A DNA stretch of 64,000 nucleotides from Deltaproteobacteria bacterium (GCA_052390235.1 JBQTHB010000005.1:467440-531439), one strand, 5' to 3'; counted from the first letter of the stretch, positions 1-11,363 are shown. Notes: generated by a model not told the origin, from the sequence alone. Numbers and translations: made by a program.

Positions 1-2
1 CC

Positions 3-275
3 ATGTATCTGGACTATGCCGAAAATCAGGCAGCAAGGCAAATACCCATGAAGATGGGTGATTGGGTAGAAAAAATTGATGCCTTCCTGCAATTCAACGA
101 ATACAAAATTTTGAAAGATGCAGGCAAAGTAAGCCATGAAATAGCAAAATCATTAGCCGAAAAGGAATTTGAGAAATTTAGGGTTGTGCAGGACAAGAAT
201 TTTGAAAGTGACTTTGATAAGCAAGTGAAAAGTTTACAACGAAAAACTAAAAATGAAAAATCCCCTAAGAGATAA
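3..275 (+). CDS. rhuM: RhuM-family protein, C-terminal part (5' end outside window)
   Basis: YLDYAENQA..IPMKM.DW..KIDAFL.FN...L..AGKVSH..A...AE.EF.KF...QD....SDFD is the typical RhuM C-terminus; family often sits inside type I R-M loci. Confidence 0.8.
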   Translation: MYLDYAENQAARQIPMKMGDWVEKIDAFLQFNEYKILKDAGKVSHEIAKSLAEKEFEKFRVVQDKNFESDFDKQVKSLQRKTKNEKSPKR

Positions 276-635
276 AAGTTATGCTTTTGCCATAAGGATT
301 GTGAAGCTGTCGCAGTATTTGGTGAATGAGAAAAAGGAATATGTTTTGAGTAAACAGGTATTGAGAAGCGGAACAGCAATCGGAGCATTAATTCGAGAAG
401 CAGAGTTTGGGCAAAGCAAAGCAGATTTTGTAAGCAAGATGAGCATTTCACTCAAGGAAGCAAACGAAACTGAATATTGGTTATCCATTTTAAAAGACTC
501 TGAGTATATTGATGAACAGTTATTCAATAGTTTGCAAAACGATTGCAAGGAGCTTATCGATATGTTAGTTTCATCTGTAAAAACTGCCAAAAAATGACCT
601 ACAACTTTTCACGTCTCACTTTTTATTTTTCACTT
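223..635. repeat. Inverted 7-nt-period repeats flanking the four-helix-bundle gene
   Basis: Left: GTGAAAA/GTTTACA/ACGAAAA/ACTAAAA/ATGAAAA (225-259); right: TTTTCAC/GTCTCAC/TTTTTAT/TTTTCAC (606-633); GTGAAAAGTT (225-234) is the exact reverse complement of AACTTTTCAC (603-612). Confidence 0.7.
253..597 (+). CDS. Four helix bundle protein (23S rRNA intervening-sequence protein family)
   Basis: KSY.FA.RIV.L....[48 protein letters not shown] motif. Confidence 0.9.
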   Translation: MKNPLRDKSYAFAIRIVKLSQYLVNEKKEYVLSKQVLRSGTAIGALIREAEFGQSKADFVSKMSISLKEANETEYWLSILKDSEYIDEQLFNSLQNDCKELIDMLVSSVKTAKK

Positions 636-637
636 CA

Positions 638-3600
638 ATGAGTTTCATCACAGAAAGCGAAATAGAACAAATTGCGTTGGATATTCTAAGTAACGACTTG
701 GGATATACCGTGCTTTATGGTCCTGATATTGCCGAAGGTGACAGAAAAGAAAGAGATTATACCGAAGTGGTTTTGCAACAGCGTTTGAGAACTGCTATTG
801 ACAAATTCAATCCCGCCATTCCCGAAGAAGCCAGAGAAGAAGCACTAAAAAAAGCGTTACGAACTGTTACCGTAAGTTTAGCCGACAACAATGAGCATTT
901 TCATAGAATGCTCACCGAAGGCGTTGATGTGAAATTCAGCATTGGCGAAGGCAAAACCAAAACCGATAAAGTTTGGCTCATTGATTTTGAAAACCCTAAC
1001 AACAACGAGTTTTTAGCCATCAATCAATTTACGGTAGTTGAAAATCACCCCGCCAGTCGCGGGGCAGGCATTAACAAACGACCTGATATTGTTTTGTTCG
1101 TAAACGGTTTGCCATTGGTGGTCATTGAATTGAAAAATGCTACTGATGAAACAGCCGATGTAAAAGCCGCATACAACCAACTGCAAACCTACAAGCAATT
1201 AATTCCTTCACTTTTCAACTACAATACTTTTCTATTGGCAAGCGATGGTTGGTTCGCCAAAGCAGGAACATTGAGCAGCGATTACAGCCGCTTTATGGAA
1301 TGGAAAACCGCAGACGGCATCACCGTTGTTGACAGCCAGCGTGAGCCCGAAATGGAACCAATGATTAAAGGTTTGCTCAACAAGGCAACTTTGTTAGATG
1401 TCATTCGCCATTTCATTGTATTTGAAAAAACGAAAGAAAAAACCATCAAGAAAATTGCAGCATATCATCAATATTATGCTGTAAACAAAGCTATTGAAAG
1501 TACCGTCAGAGCAGCATCACCGCCAGTAAATGTTGCCAACGAACCGCCCAATCATTTTGGTTTGCCAACTGTGAAAGACCAACCGCAAGGCGACCATCGA
1601 GCAGGTGTAGTTTGGCATACACAAGGAAGCGGAAAAAGTTTGAGTATGGTTTTCTATACCGGCAAATTGGTTTTAGCCGCAGCAATGAACAACCCTACTA
1701 TTTTGGTGCTCACCGACCGAAATGATTTAGACCAACAACTATTTGAAACATTTGGCAACTGCGAACAACTCATCAGGCAAAAACCAAAACAAGCCGAAAG
1801 CCGAGATGATTTAAAAGACAAACTTTCTGTTGCGTCGGGTGGTGTAATTTTTACAACCATTCAAAAGTTTTTACCCGAAACGCAAGGAGCAAAATATCCT
1901 GAACTAACCATTCGCAGAAATATTGTGGTGATTGCAGATGAAGCCCACAGAAGTCAATACGATTTTATTGATGGCTTTGCCAAAAATATGCGGGATGCTT
2001 TGCCCAATGCCACATTTATTGGTTTTACAGGCACACCCATTGAAAAAGAAGATAAAAACACACAAGCAGTTTTCGGAAACTACATTGATGTGTATGACAT
2101 TCAGCAAGCCGTTTTAGATGGTGCAACGGTTCGCATTTATTATGAAAGTCGTTTGGCAAAAATTGAACTAAGCGAAAGCGACCAAGAAATATTAGACCAG
2201 CGAGTTGAAGAAATTACCGAAAATGATGAACTGACCGAAAAACAAAAACGCTATGCAAAATGGGCAAGTAAAGAAGCCGTTGTTGGCAGTGTTCAGCGAT
2301 TAAAGCAAGTGGCGTTGGATTTAGTTACACACTTTGAACAACGACTTTCAGCCGCAGACGGCAAAGGAATGATTGTGTGTATGAGCCGTAGAATTTGCGT
2401 AGAACTGCAAAATGAAATCATCAAACTAAAACCACATTGGTATGATGCAGCAGACGACAAAGGAAAACTTAAAGTGATAATGACAGGTTCGGCTTCCGAC
2501 CCTTTGGATTGGCAGGAACACATCAGAAACAAACCAAGAAGAAAAGCTATTGGCGACCGTTTGAAAGACCCGAAAGATGAATTGAAATTGGTAATTGTTC
2601 GTGATATGTGGCTCACAGGTTTTGATGCACCTTGTTTGCACACACTTTACATTGACAAGCCAATGAACGGGCATAACCTGATGCAAGCCATTGCAAGGGT
2701 TAATCGTGTGTTTGGTGACAAAGACGGTGGACTTGTTGTTGACTACATTGGCATTGCACAAGATTTGAAAAAAGCATTGGCTATTTACACCGAAAATCAA
2801 GGCAAAGGAAAATTGGCATTTGACCAGGAAGAAGCCGTTGCCAAAATGCTTGAGTTGTATGAATTGGTAGTTGATATGTTCGGTTCATTCGACTACCGTA
2901 AATATTTTGAACTTGACCCACGACTAAAACTGAATTTCATTTTAGATGCCTCAAACTATTTGTTGGAATTAAAAGACGAAGATGGAAGAAACGGAAAGCA
3001 GCGTTTCAAAGACCACGTTACCAATTTATCAAAGGCATTTGCTATTTCTGTTCCACATCAAAAAGCATTTGAGATAAGAGATGATTTGGCTTTCTTCCAA
3101 GCCATAAAAGCAAGGTTTGCCAAGTTTGACGAAACACAGAAAAAACAAACCAACGAAGAAATTGAAACAGCCATCAGACAAATTGTGAATGATGCAATCG
3201 TTTCAAAAGAAGTGATTGACGTATTTGAAGCAGCAGGAATTAAAAAGCCCGACATTTCAATTCTTTCAGACGAGTTTATGGCAGAAATTCAGGGAATGCC
3301 AAGAAAGAACTTGGCACTTGAATTATTGAAACGATTGCTGAATAATGAAATCAAAAACCGTTCAAAGACCAATTTAATTCAAAGCAAAAAATTTTCTGAA
3401 ATGCTGGCTCAAGCAGTTAAACGCTACCAAAGCGGACTGATTGAAGCAGCAGCCGTAATTGAAGAACTTATCAAACTTGCAAAAGACATTCGTGCAGCCG
3501 ATCAACGTGGAGAAAAACTAAACTTACGGCAAGACGAATTGGCTTTTTATGATGCACTGGCAGACAATCCAAAAGCCGAAACCATTTTAGGTGACGACAT

Positions 3601-3829
3601 TTTAAAAGCTATTGCACACGAACTGGTTGACAGCGTAAGACGAAACACAAGTATTGACTGGCAACTGAAAGAAAGTGTTCAAGCCAAGTTGAGAGTTTTG
3701 GTTAAACGCATTTTGCGTAAATACAAATATCCACCTGACGACCCCGAAACAGGCGAATACAACGTTTCAGTTGCAAAAGTTTTAGACCAAGCAGAACTAT
3801 TAGCAGAATATTGGACAAATGAGAAATAG
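638..3829 (+). CDS. hsdR: Type I restriction endonuclease subunit R
   Basis: [19 protein letters not shown] nuclease motif, WHTQGSGKS Walker [27 protein letters not shown]. Confidence 0.97.
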   Translation: MSFITESEIEQIALDILSNDLGYTVLYGPDIAEGDRKERDYTEVVLQQRLRTAIDKFNPAIPEEAREEALKKALRTVTVSLADNNEHFHRMLTEGVDVKFSIGEGKTKTDKVWLIDFENPNNNEFLAINQFTVVENHPASRGAGINKRPDIVLFVNGLPLVVIELKNATDETADVKAAYNQLQTYKQLIPSLFNYNTFLLASDGWFAKAGTLSSDYSRFMEWKTADGITVVDSQREPEMEPMIKGLLNKATLLDVIRHFIVFEKTKEKTIKKIAAYHQYYAVNKAIESTVRAASPPVNVANEPPNHFGLPTVKDQPQGDHRAGVVWHTQGSGKSLSMVFYTGKLVLAAAMNNPTILVLTDRNDLDQQLFETFGNCEQLIRQKPKQAESRDDLKDKLSVASGGVIFTTIQKFLPETQGAKYPELTIRRNIVVIADEAHRSQYDFIDGFAKNMRDALPNATFIGFTGTPIEKEDKNTQAVFGNYIDVYDIQQAVLDGATVRIYYESRLAKIELSESDQEILDQRVEEITENDELTEKQKRYAKWASKEAVVGSVQRLKQVALDLVTHFEQRLSAADGKGMIVCMSRRICVELQNEIIKLKPHWYDAADDKGKLKVIMTGSASDPLDWQEHIRNKPRRKAIGDRLKDPKDELKLVIVRDMWLTGFDAPCLHTLYIDKPMNGHNLMQAIARVNRVFGDKDGGLVVDYIGIAQDLKKALAIYTENQGKGKLAFDQEEAVAKMLELYELVVDMFGSFDYRKYFELDPRLKLNFILDASNYLLELKDEDGRNGKQRFKDHVTNLSKAFAISVPHQKAFEIRDDLAFFQAIKARFAKFDETQKKQTNEEIETAIRQIVNDAIVSKEVIDVFEAAGIKKPDISILSDEFMAEIQGMPRKNLALELLKRLLNNEIKNRSKTNLIQSKKFSEMLAQAVKRYQSGLIEAAAVIEELIKLAKDIRAADQRGEKLNLRQDELAFYDALADNPKAETILGDDILKAIAHELVDSVRRNTSIDWQLKESVQAKLRVLVKRILRKYKYPPDDPETGEYNVSVAKVLDQAELLAEYWTNEK

Positions 3830-4098
3830 GAAAATCCAACGCACAGGTGTAAGCACATTTGCAAGCCGCATAAGCCAACCGCACAACCCGATACGACACA
3901 GCGCAGTATTGACAATGGTTTGCAAAGACGGACGGACAAGAACGCCTCCGGTAACAGTACCTTTGCGTAATGGCGGGGCTGATGTGCTTCTATGATACTT
4001 TCATGCCAAAATTCTTCTAGGCGGCAGGCGTGGCAGACTGGCAGAAAAGTAACCTTGCAAGAAAATAACAATGATGAAAAAATTATCATTTCAACCTT

Positions 4099-4363
4099 GG
4101 TCTCGGCAGTGATAATATCGCCTCCCTTTTGAGGCGTCTGCTACGGGTCTGAGTCAAATTGACAACGAGGGGCGGAATTATTATACTAAGCCGCGCGCAA
4201 TGACCAGATTTACGCGCCCATCGTAGTCGAGCAGGCAGCAGGGGCGAGAGGGCTTATGATATATTCTCCCGTCTTCTGAGAGATAAAATTATATTCATAG
4301 GCTCGGCTATTAACGGCGCTGTCGCAGTCGCCCGGCTCCTGATACTTGAATCCGAGAACCCCG
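4099..4363 (+). pseudogene. Decayed duplicate of the tig 3' end, clpP promoter and clpP 5' end (source ~5669..6001)
   Basis: Shares blocks such as TCAAATTGACAACGAGGGG, AGGGCTTATGATATATTCTCCCGTCTTCT and CTTGAATCCGAGAACCCCG with 5669-6001; indels give ATG(4200) MTRFTRPS*. Confidence 0.9.
4159..4187 (+). promoter_or_regulatory. sigma70-type promoter inside the duplicate, upstream of tig
   Basis: TTGACA-N17-TATACT. Confidence 0.65.
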
Positions 4364-4496
4364 CGTAGCAAGTTGCGATTGGAAAAAGATCTGCGCAGAG
4401 GTTATGATTTCCGCAGTAATTTCGCATCGCAGAGTGATTCACCCGCGCCCGCGCCGTGCGGATAAATAATAAAATTTCTGAGGAGTTTCCCAAGTC

Positions 4497-5807
4497 ATGA
4501 GAGTGAACGTAGAGTCGCCGAGCAGTACCGAGAAAAAAATCGAGGTTTTCATCCCCGCCGAGACGGTAACCGAAAAATTCAATACCGTATTCAAGGATTT
4601 TCAACAGAACGCAAAGGTTAAAGGATTCCGTCCCGGTAAAGTTCCCAACACTCTCATACAGTCAATGTTCAAGAACGATATAGTCAGCGAGGTTTCCACG
4701 AGGCTCGTGTCCGAATCCATCGAGGGGGCGATTAAGCAGTCCTCTCTCGCTCCAGTGTCAAAGCCCAATGTTACGCCTGATAAAGCGGCCAGAGACAGCG
4801 AATTCCACTATTCCGCTACGTTTGAAATCGTCCCCGAATTCACGCTTGGCGAGTACCTAGGGATTCCTCTCAAGAAGCAGACTCGCTCGGTAACTGAAGA
4901 GGACGTTGAGCGCGCCGTCCAAGGGCTAAGAGCGCGCGCCTCCGAGGCGAGGCCCCTAGAACAGGAGCGCGAGGCGAGGGCTGGCGATTATGTGATAGTG
5001 GATTTCGAGGGAACTCTCGATGGCAAAGCCGTTCGAGACCTCAAAAAGGCGGACACCCAGTTTATTGTCGGCGAGGGGAAACTCATACCTGAGTTTGATA
5101 CCAATATTTTGGGGATGAAGCCGGGCGAGGAGAAGGGGTTTCAGGTTCCCTATCCCGACGACTTTCAAATATCCGAAGCCGCCGGCAGGGTGGTTGACTA
5201 CAAGCTCAAGCTCAAGGAAGTGCGCCAGAGATATATACCCGAAGTAAACGACGATTTCGCAAAGGACTTAGGCCAGGAAAGCCTCGAAGAACTCAAGAAA
5301 AAGATAAGAGAGGAAATGGAGAGGAGAACCGAAGAGCATTCCCAAACGAAGCTCCGGGCGGACATAATTAAAACCCTCCTCCACAGAACCCCATTTGATG
5401 TCCCCGCCAGCATAGTCATTACCGAAGCCAGCCGCATAAGGCAGGATTTTCTCTCCAGTCTCCAGCAAAGGGGCGTGCAGCAGCTTCCGCCTCTTACCGA
5501 GGAGATGGAGCGGACATTCGCCGAGCGCGCCCTCGTCAACGTTAAGGCGTCCCTCGTTGTCGAAGCCATTGCGGAGAGAGAAGGAATCCAAGTGGAGCAG
5601 TCCGAACTCGACGATAAAATCCGAGACATCGCCACTTCCTACGGGCTTCCCTTCGATAAAGCCAAAGAGGTCTATGGCAATAACGATAAACTCCTCGCCT
5701 CTCTGGAGGTGAACATAATTGAGGACAAAGTGCTTCGTTTTCTCATCGAGAGAGCCTCGGTTGAGGCGGCGGCTGAGGAACTGAATCAAATTGACAACGA
5801 GGGGTAG
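4497..5807 (+). CDS. tig: Trigger factor
   Basis: GFRPGKVP ribosome-binding motif, FKBP domain (GD.VIVDFEG, LIPEF); upstream of clpPX. Confidence 0.97.
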   Translation: MRVNVESPSSTEKKIEVFIPAETVTEKFNTVFKDFQQNAKVKGFRPGKVPNTLIQSMFKNDIVSEVSTRLVSESIEGAIKQSSLAPVSKPNVTPDKAARDSEFHYSATFEIVPEFTLGEYLGIPLKKQTRSVTEEDVERAVQGLRARASEARPLEQEREARAGDYVIVDFEGTLDGKAVRDLKKADTQFIVGEGKLIPEFDTNILGMKPGEEKGFQVPYPDDFQISEAAGRVVDYKLKLKEVRQRYIPEVNDDFAKDLGQESLEELKKKIREEMERRTEEHSQTKLRADIIKTLLHRTPFDVPASIVITEASRIRQDFLSSLQQRGVQQLPPLTEEMERTFAERALVNVKASLVVEAIAEREGIQVEQSELDDKIRDIATSYGLPFDKAKEVYGNNDKLLASLEVNIIEDKVLRFLIERASVEAAAEELNQIDNEG

Positions 5808-5819
5808 AATTATTATACT
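5791..5819 (+). promoter_or_regulatory. clpP promoter
   Basis: TTGACA-N17-TATACT ending 10 nt before the clpP ATG. Confidence 0.75.
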
Positions 5820-5829
5820 AAGCTGAGAA

Positions 5830-6429
5830 ATGACCAGTTATGTGCCCATCGTAATCGAGCAGACAAGCAGGGGCGAAAGGGCTTATGATATATTCTCCCG
5901 TCTTCTAAAAGATAGAATTATATTCATCGGCTCGGCTATTAGCGACGCCGTTGCAGATGTTGTAATTGCCCAGCTCCTGTTTCTTGAATCCGAGAACCCC
6001 GATAGAGACATCTATATATATATAAATTCCCCTGGCGGACACGTTACGGCGGGGCTTGCCATTTACGACACGATTCAATACATAAAGCCAGACGTTGCCA
6101 CCATCTGCCTCGGACAGGCTTCTAGCATGGCGGCTGTGCTTCTGGCGTGCGGCGCAAAGAGCAAGCGGTTTGCTCTTCCGCACTCGCGCGTGATGATACA
6201 CCAGGTGCTTGGGGGCTTCGAGGGTCAAGCCACAGACATTGAGATTCACGCAAAGGAGATTCTAAGGGTCAAAGCCGCCCTTAACCAAATCCTCGCCTCT
6301 CATACCGGACAGCCGATAGAGAGAATAGCAAAAGACGCCGAGCGGGATTTCTTCCTCACCGCCAAAGACGCGTTAGAGTACGGGTTGGTTGATGTTATAA
6401 TTACGAAAAGGGAGGATACCGCAAAATGA
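5830..6429 (+). CDS. clpP: ATP-dependent Clp protease proteolytic subunit
   Basis: [31 protein letters not shown] (catalytic Ser), MIHQ. Confidence 0.99.
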   Translation: MTSYVPIVIEQTSRGERAYDIFSRLLKDRIIFIGSAISDAVADVVIAQLLFLESENPDRDIYIYINSPGGHVTAGLAIYDTIQYIKPDVATICLGQASSMAAVLLACGAKSKRFALPHSRVMIHQVLGGFEGQATDIEIHAKEILRVKAALNQILASHTGQPIERIAKDAERDFFLTAKDALEYGLVDVIITKREDTAK

Positions 6430-7703
6430 CCACAAGACGCGACGCGAAAGACGGAAAACTGTACTGCTCGTTTTGTGGGAAGAGCCAAAAAGAGGTAAAA
6501 AAGCTCATCGCCGGGCCCACGGTTTATATCTGCAACGAGTGCATTGAGCTGTGCAATGAAATCATCGCTGACGAAGATGCCAAGGAAAGCCATCTTAGAA
6601 AACGCTATTCCACCCTTCCCCTGCCGTCTCAGATTAAATCCTTTTTGGATGAATACGTGGTCGGACAGGATAGGGCGAAAAAAGTGCTTGCCGTAGCCGT
6701 GTATAACCACTACAAGAGGGTCGAACTCGGCTCCTACGCCGGAAAGAGAAGCGGAGACCTAGAGATTCAAAAGAGCAATATCCTTCTCATCGGGCCCACA
6801 GGATGCGGGAAAACCCTTCTCGCGCAGACCCTGGCAAAATTCCTCGATGTTCCCTTTACGATAGTTGACGCCACGTGCTACACCGAGGCGGGCTACGTGG
6901 GCGAGGACGTGGAGAATATGATAGTGAGCCTCCTTCAGGCGGCTGACTACGACCTTGAAAGGGCTTCAAAAGGGATTATATATATTGATGAAATAGACAA
7001 ACTCTCGCGTAAATCAGGAGACAGCCCCTCGATTACGAGAGATGTTTCTGGCGAAGGCGTGCAGCAGGCTCTACTAAAAATCATTGAAGGCACCAAGGCG
7101 AATGTGCCGCCCAAAGGGGGCAGAAAACACCCCCAGCAGGAGTTTATTCAGATTGACACAACGAATATCCTATTTATTTGCGGCGGGGCTTTCTGCGGTA
7201 TTGAGGAAACTATAGGGCGCAGAATCGGAGAGAAATCCATCGGGTTTGAAGCCAATTTAGGGGAAAAAGACCAAAGAGACCTAGGCGCGATACTCAGAGA
7301 AGTCCAGCCGGAGGATTTAACTAAGTTTGGCTTAATCCCCGAATTTGTAGGCAGGCTCCCCGTTGTAGCCACGCTCGACGAGCTTGACGAAAGCGCCTTT
7401 ATAGAAATTCTCACGAAGCCGAAAAACGCGATTATAAAGCAGTTCAAAAAATTAATGGAACTTGAGGGGGTCGATCTTGAGTTCACCGAAGACGCCCTCA
7501 ACGCCATTGCCAAAGAGGCTATGAAGCGTAAGACCGGAGCAAGAGGGCTTAGGGCAATCATCGAAGCCGTAATGCTCGACATATCCTACGAAGTGCCGCT
7601 TCTCAGCGGCGTTAGACGATGTATCGTGAACGAGGAGGTGATTCGAGGCACTAATAATCCCCTTTTCTTATACGAGGAAGAGAGGCGTCTTGGCTCTGCA
7701 TAA
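6426..7703 (+). CDS. clpX: Clp protease ATP-binding subunit ClpX
   Basis: CSFC..CNEC zinc finger, [19 protein letters not shown] loop. Confidence 0.99.
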   Translation: MTTRRDAKDGKLYCSFCGKSQKEVKKLIAGPTVYICNECIELCNEIIADEDAKESHLRKRYSTLPLPSQIKSFLDEYVVGQDRAKKVLAVAVYNHYKRVELGSYAGKRSGDLEIQKSNILLIGPTGCGKTLLAQTLAKFLDVPFTIVDATCYTEAGYVGEDVENMIVSLLQAADYDLERASKGIIYIDEIDKLSRKSGDSPSITRDVSGEGVQQALLKIIEGTKANVPPKGGRKHPQQEFIQIDTTNILFICGGAFCGIEETIGRRIGEKSIGFEANLGEKDQRDLGAILREVQPEDLTKFGLIPEFVGRLPVVATLDELDESAFIEILTKPKNAIIKQFKKLMELEGVDLEFTEDALNAIAKEAMKRKTGARGLRAIIEAVMLDISYEVPLLSGVRRCIVNEEVIRGTNNPLFLYEEERRLGSA

Positions 7704-7727
7704 AAGTTCTTTACAAGGAGAAGAAAA

Positions 7728-10163
7728 ATGCCAATGTTCTTTAAATTCGACGATGACAAAAAACAGGATATAGTCATGATCCCGTTGCTGCCACTCAGGG
7801 ACGTAGTGATTTTCCCTCACATGGTGGCGCCTCTTTTCGTGGGACGCGAAAAATCCATACGCGCTCTCGAAGAGGCAATGAAGAAGGACAAAGAAATTCT
7901 ACTAGCCGCCCAAAAAGACGCCAAGACCAACGATCCCAATGAAGAAGATATATATAAAATAGGCACAATAGGGACGATTGTTCAGATGCTCCGACTCCCA
8001 GATGGCACGGTAAAAGTGCTTGTCGAGGGGAAGAGAAGGGCGAAAATTATGCGCTACGTCCCGAATCCGAGTTTTTTCCTAGTTGAAGCCGAGAGGATTT
8101 CGGAAGACGAAAATCTAGGCGTCGAGACCGAAGCGCTTATGAGAACGCTGGTTACGGCTTTCGAGAACTACGTCAAGCTCAACAAAAAAATTCCCTCCGA
8201 AGTGCTTGTTACTGTCTCGGCAATTGACGAGCCTAGCCGATTAGCCGATACGATAGCCTCTCACCTTGGGTTTAAACTCCAGGATAAGCAGGAAATCCTC
8301 GAAGCCCTTAGCCCAGCGGACAGAATCGAGAAGCTCTATGAAAAAATGCAGTCCGAGCTTGAAATTCTCCAAATTGAGAAGAGAATCAGAACCAGAGTGA
8401 AAAAGCAGATGGAAAAAGCTCAAAAGGAGTACTATCTCACCGAGCAGATGAGGGCCATCCAAAAAGAACTCGGCGAAAAGGACGACCTCAAATCCGAGAT
8501 TCAGGAGTTTGAAGATAAGCTCAAACAAAAGACCGTTCCCGAAGAGGTCGAACAGAAAATCAAGCGCGAAATAAAGAAATTGAAAACCATGTCTCCGATG
8601 TCTGCCGAGGCAACCGTTGTGAGAAACTATATTGACTGGCTTATCTCGCTTCCTTGGATAAACGAAAAAACCGAAGACAGGCTAGATATTGACGAAGCCG
8701 TAAAAATTCTCGACGAAGACCACTACGGACTCGACAAGCCCAAAGAGAGAATTGTCGAATACCTAGCCGTGCGAGCGCTGACAAAAAAACTAAAGGGCCC
8801 GATACTGTGCCTGGTAGGCCCTCCGGGAGTGGGCAAAACATCGCTGGCAAAATCCATTGCGCGCGCGATGGGAAGGAAATTCGTCAGAATATCCCTCGGC
8901 GGCGTAAGGGACGAAGCCGAAATCAGGGGACACCGCCGCACCTACATTGGCGCTCTGCCGGGGAAAATCATTCAGGGAATGAGAAAAGCGGGAACTTTAA
9001 ACCCCGTGTTTCTCCTCGATGAGATTGACAAGCTCGGCATGGATTTCAGGGGAGACCCCGCATCGGCTCTCCTAGAGGCGCTCGACCCGGAGCAGAATAA
9101 GAGCTTCAACGACCATTACATAGAAGCTGACTACGACCTATCAAACGTGCTTTTCATCACCACGGCAAACATACTCCACACAATTCCATGGGCGCTTCAA
9201 GACAGAATGGAGATTATCAGAATCCCCGGATACACCGAGGAAGAAAAACTCCAGATAGCCAAGAAATTCTTAGTTCCAAAACAGGTTGAATCCCACGGGC
9301 TAAAGCCTGAGAACTTCCAGATTTCAGATAGCGGCATTCAAACCGTCATTAACCGCTACACCCGTGAGTCCGGCGTAAGAACCCTTGAGCGCGAGCTCTC
9401 AACCCTCTGCAGAAAAATTGCCAGAGAGGTCGTGAAGAACGGACTCGACTATGCGTCGAAAATCAGCGCCTCCTCCGTGGCGAAGTATCTGGGTATCCCC
9501 AAATTCCGATTCGGAGAAATCGAAGAAAAAGACCAGGTCGGCATTTCCACCGGGCTTGCATGGACCGAGGTCGGCGGCGAGATTTTAACCATCGAGGTTT
9601 CCATAGTTCCCGGCAAGGGAAGCCTCACGATAACCGGAAAGCTCGGCGAGGTTATGCAGGAATCCGCCCAAGCCGCTATGAGCTACGTTCGCTCCAGAGC
9701 CGAGAAACTGGGGCTTGAGCGATATTTCTATCAAAAAGTGGATCTGCATATTCACGTTCCCGAGGGGGCAACCCCTAAAGATGGCCCCTCAGCCGGTATT
9801 GCCATCGCTACGGCTATTGTCTCGGCGCTTACGAAAAAGCCGATAAAGCACGACGTAGCCATGACCGGCGAGATAACTCTCCGCGGGCGGGTGCTTCCCA
9901 TCGGCGGGCTTAAGGAGAAAATCCTAGCCGCCCACAGGGGCAGAGTGAAAACGGTAATCATCCCCAAAGAAAACGAAAAAGACGTCAAAGACATCCCTCA
10001 TAACATACTCAAGGATATAAAAATCAAATTGGTGAATCATGTAGATGAGGTTTTGAGCGAGGCTTTGGTGTCCGAAGAACCCGTGCTGAATCGGGATATA
10101 GTCGTCCCTCCCGGCGCCCTTCCGATTACCGAGGGGATGGGGACTAATGTAAGTCTCTCATAA
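7728..10163 (+). CDS. lon: Lon protease
   Basis: LPLRDVV N-domain, [26 protein letters not shown]. Confidence 0.99.
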   Translation: MPMFFKFDDDKKQDIVMIPLLPLRDVVIFPHMVAPLFVGREKSIRALEEAMKKDKEILLAAQKDAKTNDPNEEDIYKIGTIGTIVQMLRLPDGTVKVLVEGKRRAKIMRYVPNPSFFLVEAERISEDENLGVETEALMRTLVTAFENYVKLNKKIPSEVLVTVSAIDEPSRLADTIASHLGFKLQDKQEILEALSPADRIEKLYEKMQSELEILQIEKRIRTRVKKQMEKAQKEYYLTEQMRAIQKELGEKDDLKSEIQEFEDKLKQKTVPEEVEQKIKREIKKLKTMSPMSAEATVVRNYIDWLISLPWINEKTEDRLDIDEAVKILDEDHYGLDKPKERIVEYLAVRALTKKLKGPILCLVGPPGVGKTSLAKSIARAMGRKFVRISLGGVRDEAEIRGHRRTYIGALPGKIIQGMRKAGTLNPVFLLDEIDKLGMDFRGDPASALLEALDPEQNKSFNDHYIEADYDLSNVLFITTANILHTIPWALQDRMEIIRIPGYTEEEKLQIAKKFLVPKQVESHGLKPENFQISDSGIQTVINRYTRESGVRTLERELSTLCRKIAREVVKNGLDYASKISASSVAKYLGIPKFRFGEIEEKDQVGISTGLAWTEVGGEILTIEVSIVPGKGSLTITGKLGEVMQESAQAAMSYVRSRAEKLGLERYFYQKVDLHIHVPEGATPKDGPSAGIAIATAIVSALTKKPIKHDVAMTGEITLRGRVLPIGGLKEKILAAHRGRVKTVIIPKENEKDVKDIPHNILKDIKIKLVNHVDEVLSEALVSEEPVLNRDIVVPPGALPITEGMGTNVSLS

Positions 10164-10184
10164 CGAGTATCAGGTTGAATATTC

Positions 10185-10224
10185 AAAAGGGGGCATCCCT
10201 GATATTACGGGGTGCCCTTTTTTA
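10185..10224 (+). terminator. Intrinsic terminator after lon
   Basis: AAAAGGGGGCATCCC..GGGGTGCCCTTTTT hairpin plus T run. Confidence 0.8.
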
Positions 10225-10333
10225 TTGATTTCTCACCGTAATCTGGACAACACAAATAATATCAGTTATAAAATATGCCCGTCCTGCAGTTTGGGCGCGG
10301 GCAATCTTTGAAATTTATATAGTGTTTAGGCGC

Positions 10334-10408
10334 GGGCGGTTAGCTCAGTGGGAGAGCGCCTGCCTTACAAGCAGGAAGTCACTGGTTCAATCCCGGTACC
10401 GCCCACCA
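10334..10408 (+). tRNA. tRNA-Val(TAC)
   Basis: Cloverleaf GGGCGGT..ACCGCCC-A-CCA; anticodon arm CCTGC-CT-TAC-AA-GCAGG. Confidence 0.97.
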
Positions 10409-10416
10409 TAGATTAT

Positions 10417-10494
10417 GGGGTCGTAGTTCAGCTCGGTTAGAACGCTGGCCTGTCAAGCCAGAGGTCGCGGGTTCGAGTCCCGTCGACCCCGCCA
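10417..10494 (+). tRNA. tRNA-Asp(GTC)
   Basis: GGGGTCG..CGACCCC-G-CCA; anticodon arm CTGGC-CT-GTC-AA-GCCAG; GTTCGAG T-loop. Confidence 0.97.
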
Positions 10495-10499
10495 TTTAA

Positions 10500-11363
10500 T
10501 TAATATTTATAAAACCCTTTTCCAGTTTTTCTTCCTAAAAATCCTCCGCGAACCATCTGCCTGAGAAGCGGCGCGGCGCGGAATTTCGAGTCCTGAAATT
10601 CCTTGTACAGCGTGTCTATCACATCAAGCGTTACGTCCAGCCCTATTAAGTCAATCAGCGCAAGCGGCCCTATGGGTTGATTCGTGCCGAGCTTCATCGC
10701 CTTATCAATGTCCTCAGGCGTTCCCACGCCCTCTTCAAGCGCAAACACCGCCTCATTGAGCATGGGAATCAGAATGCGGTTCACTATAAACCCCGGCGCG
10801 TCCTTTGTCTTGACCGGCTCTTTCCCAAGGGATTTAGCAAAATCATAGGCGAACTGTACCGTCTCCTCAGATGTGGCGAGGGTCTTTATAACCTCAACTA
10901 GCTTCATCACGGGAACGGGGTTGAAAAAATGCATCCCAACGATTCTCTCAGCCCTTTTCGTCGTTACTGCAATCTCGATGATCGGCAGGGAAGAGGTATT
11001 TGTCGCAATCACAATATCGGGGCGCACTGCGCCGTCCAGCTTCCTGAAAATCTCCTTTTTAACCGCCATATTCTCAAACACCGCCTCGACAATTAAATCC
11101 ACGTCCCCAAGATTCTCAAAGCTCGTCGTTGGGGCAATCCTAGATAAAATCTCCTTGCTTCCCTCCTCGCTCAACTCTCCTTTTTTCACGAGCCTCCCGA
11201 GGCTTCCGGTCATATTTTTTACGCCCCGCTCCAAAGCCGCATCCGAAATATCCACGAGCGTTACCTGTTTGCCGTTCTGAGCAAGCGTCTGAGCGATGCC
11301 CGAACCCATAGTTCCCGCGCCCACGACGCCTACTTTCTTGATATTCTCTACGATTAAAGTCAT
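10500..11363 (-). CDS. hbd: 3-hydroxybutyryl-CoA dehydrogenase
   Basis: GAGTMGSGIA, ATNTSSL, GMHFFNP, PGFIVNR, GRKTGKGFY. Confidence 0.92.
   Translation of the reverse strand: MTLIVENIKKVGVVGAGTMGSGIAQTLAQNGKQVTLVDISDAALERGVKNMTGSLGRLVKKGELSEEGSKEILSRIAPTTSFENLGDVDLIVEAVFENMAVKKEIFRKLDGAVRPDIVIATNTSSLPIIEIAVTTKRAERIVGMHFFNPVPVMKLVEVIKTLATSEETVQFAYDFAKSLGKEPVKTKDAPGFIVNRILIPMLNEAVFALEEGVGTPEDIDKAMKLGTNQPIGPLALIDLIGLDVTLDVIDTLYKEFQDSKFRAAPLLRQMVRGGFLGRKTGKGFYKY

Noticed and set aside
253..6001. Diversity-generating retroelement (Avd-like gene plus a diverged repeat pair)
   Set aside because: No reverse transcriptase in the window; differences between the copies include T/C changes and indels, not adenine-only substitutions; the pair covers a promoter and clpP 5' end
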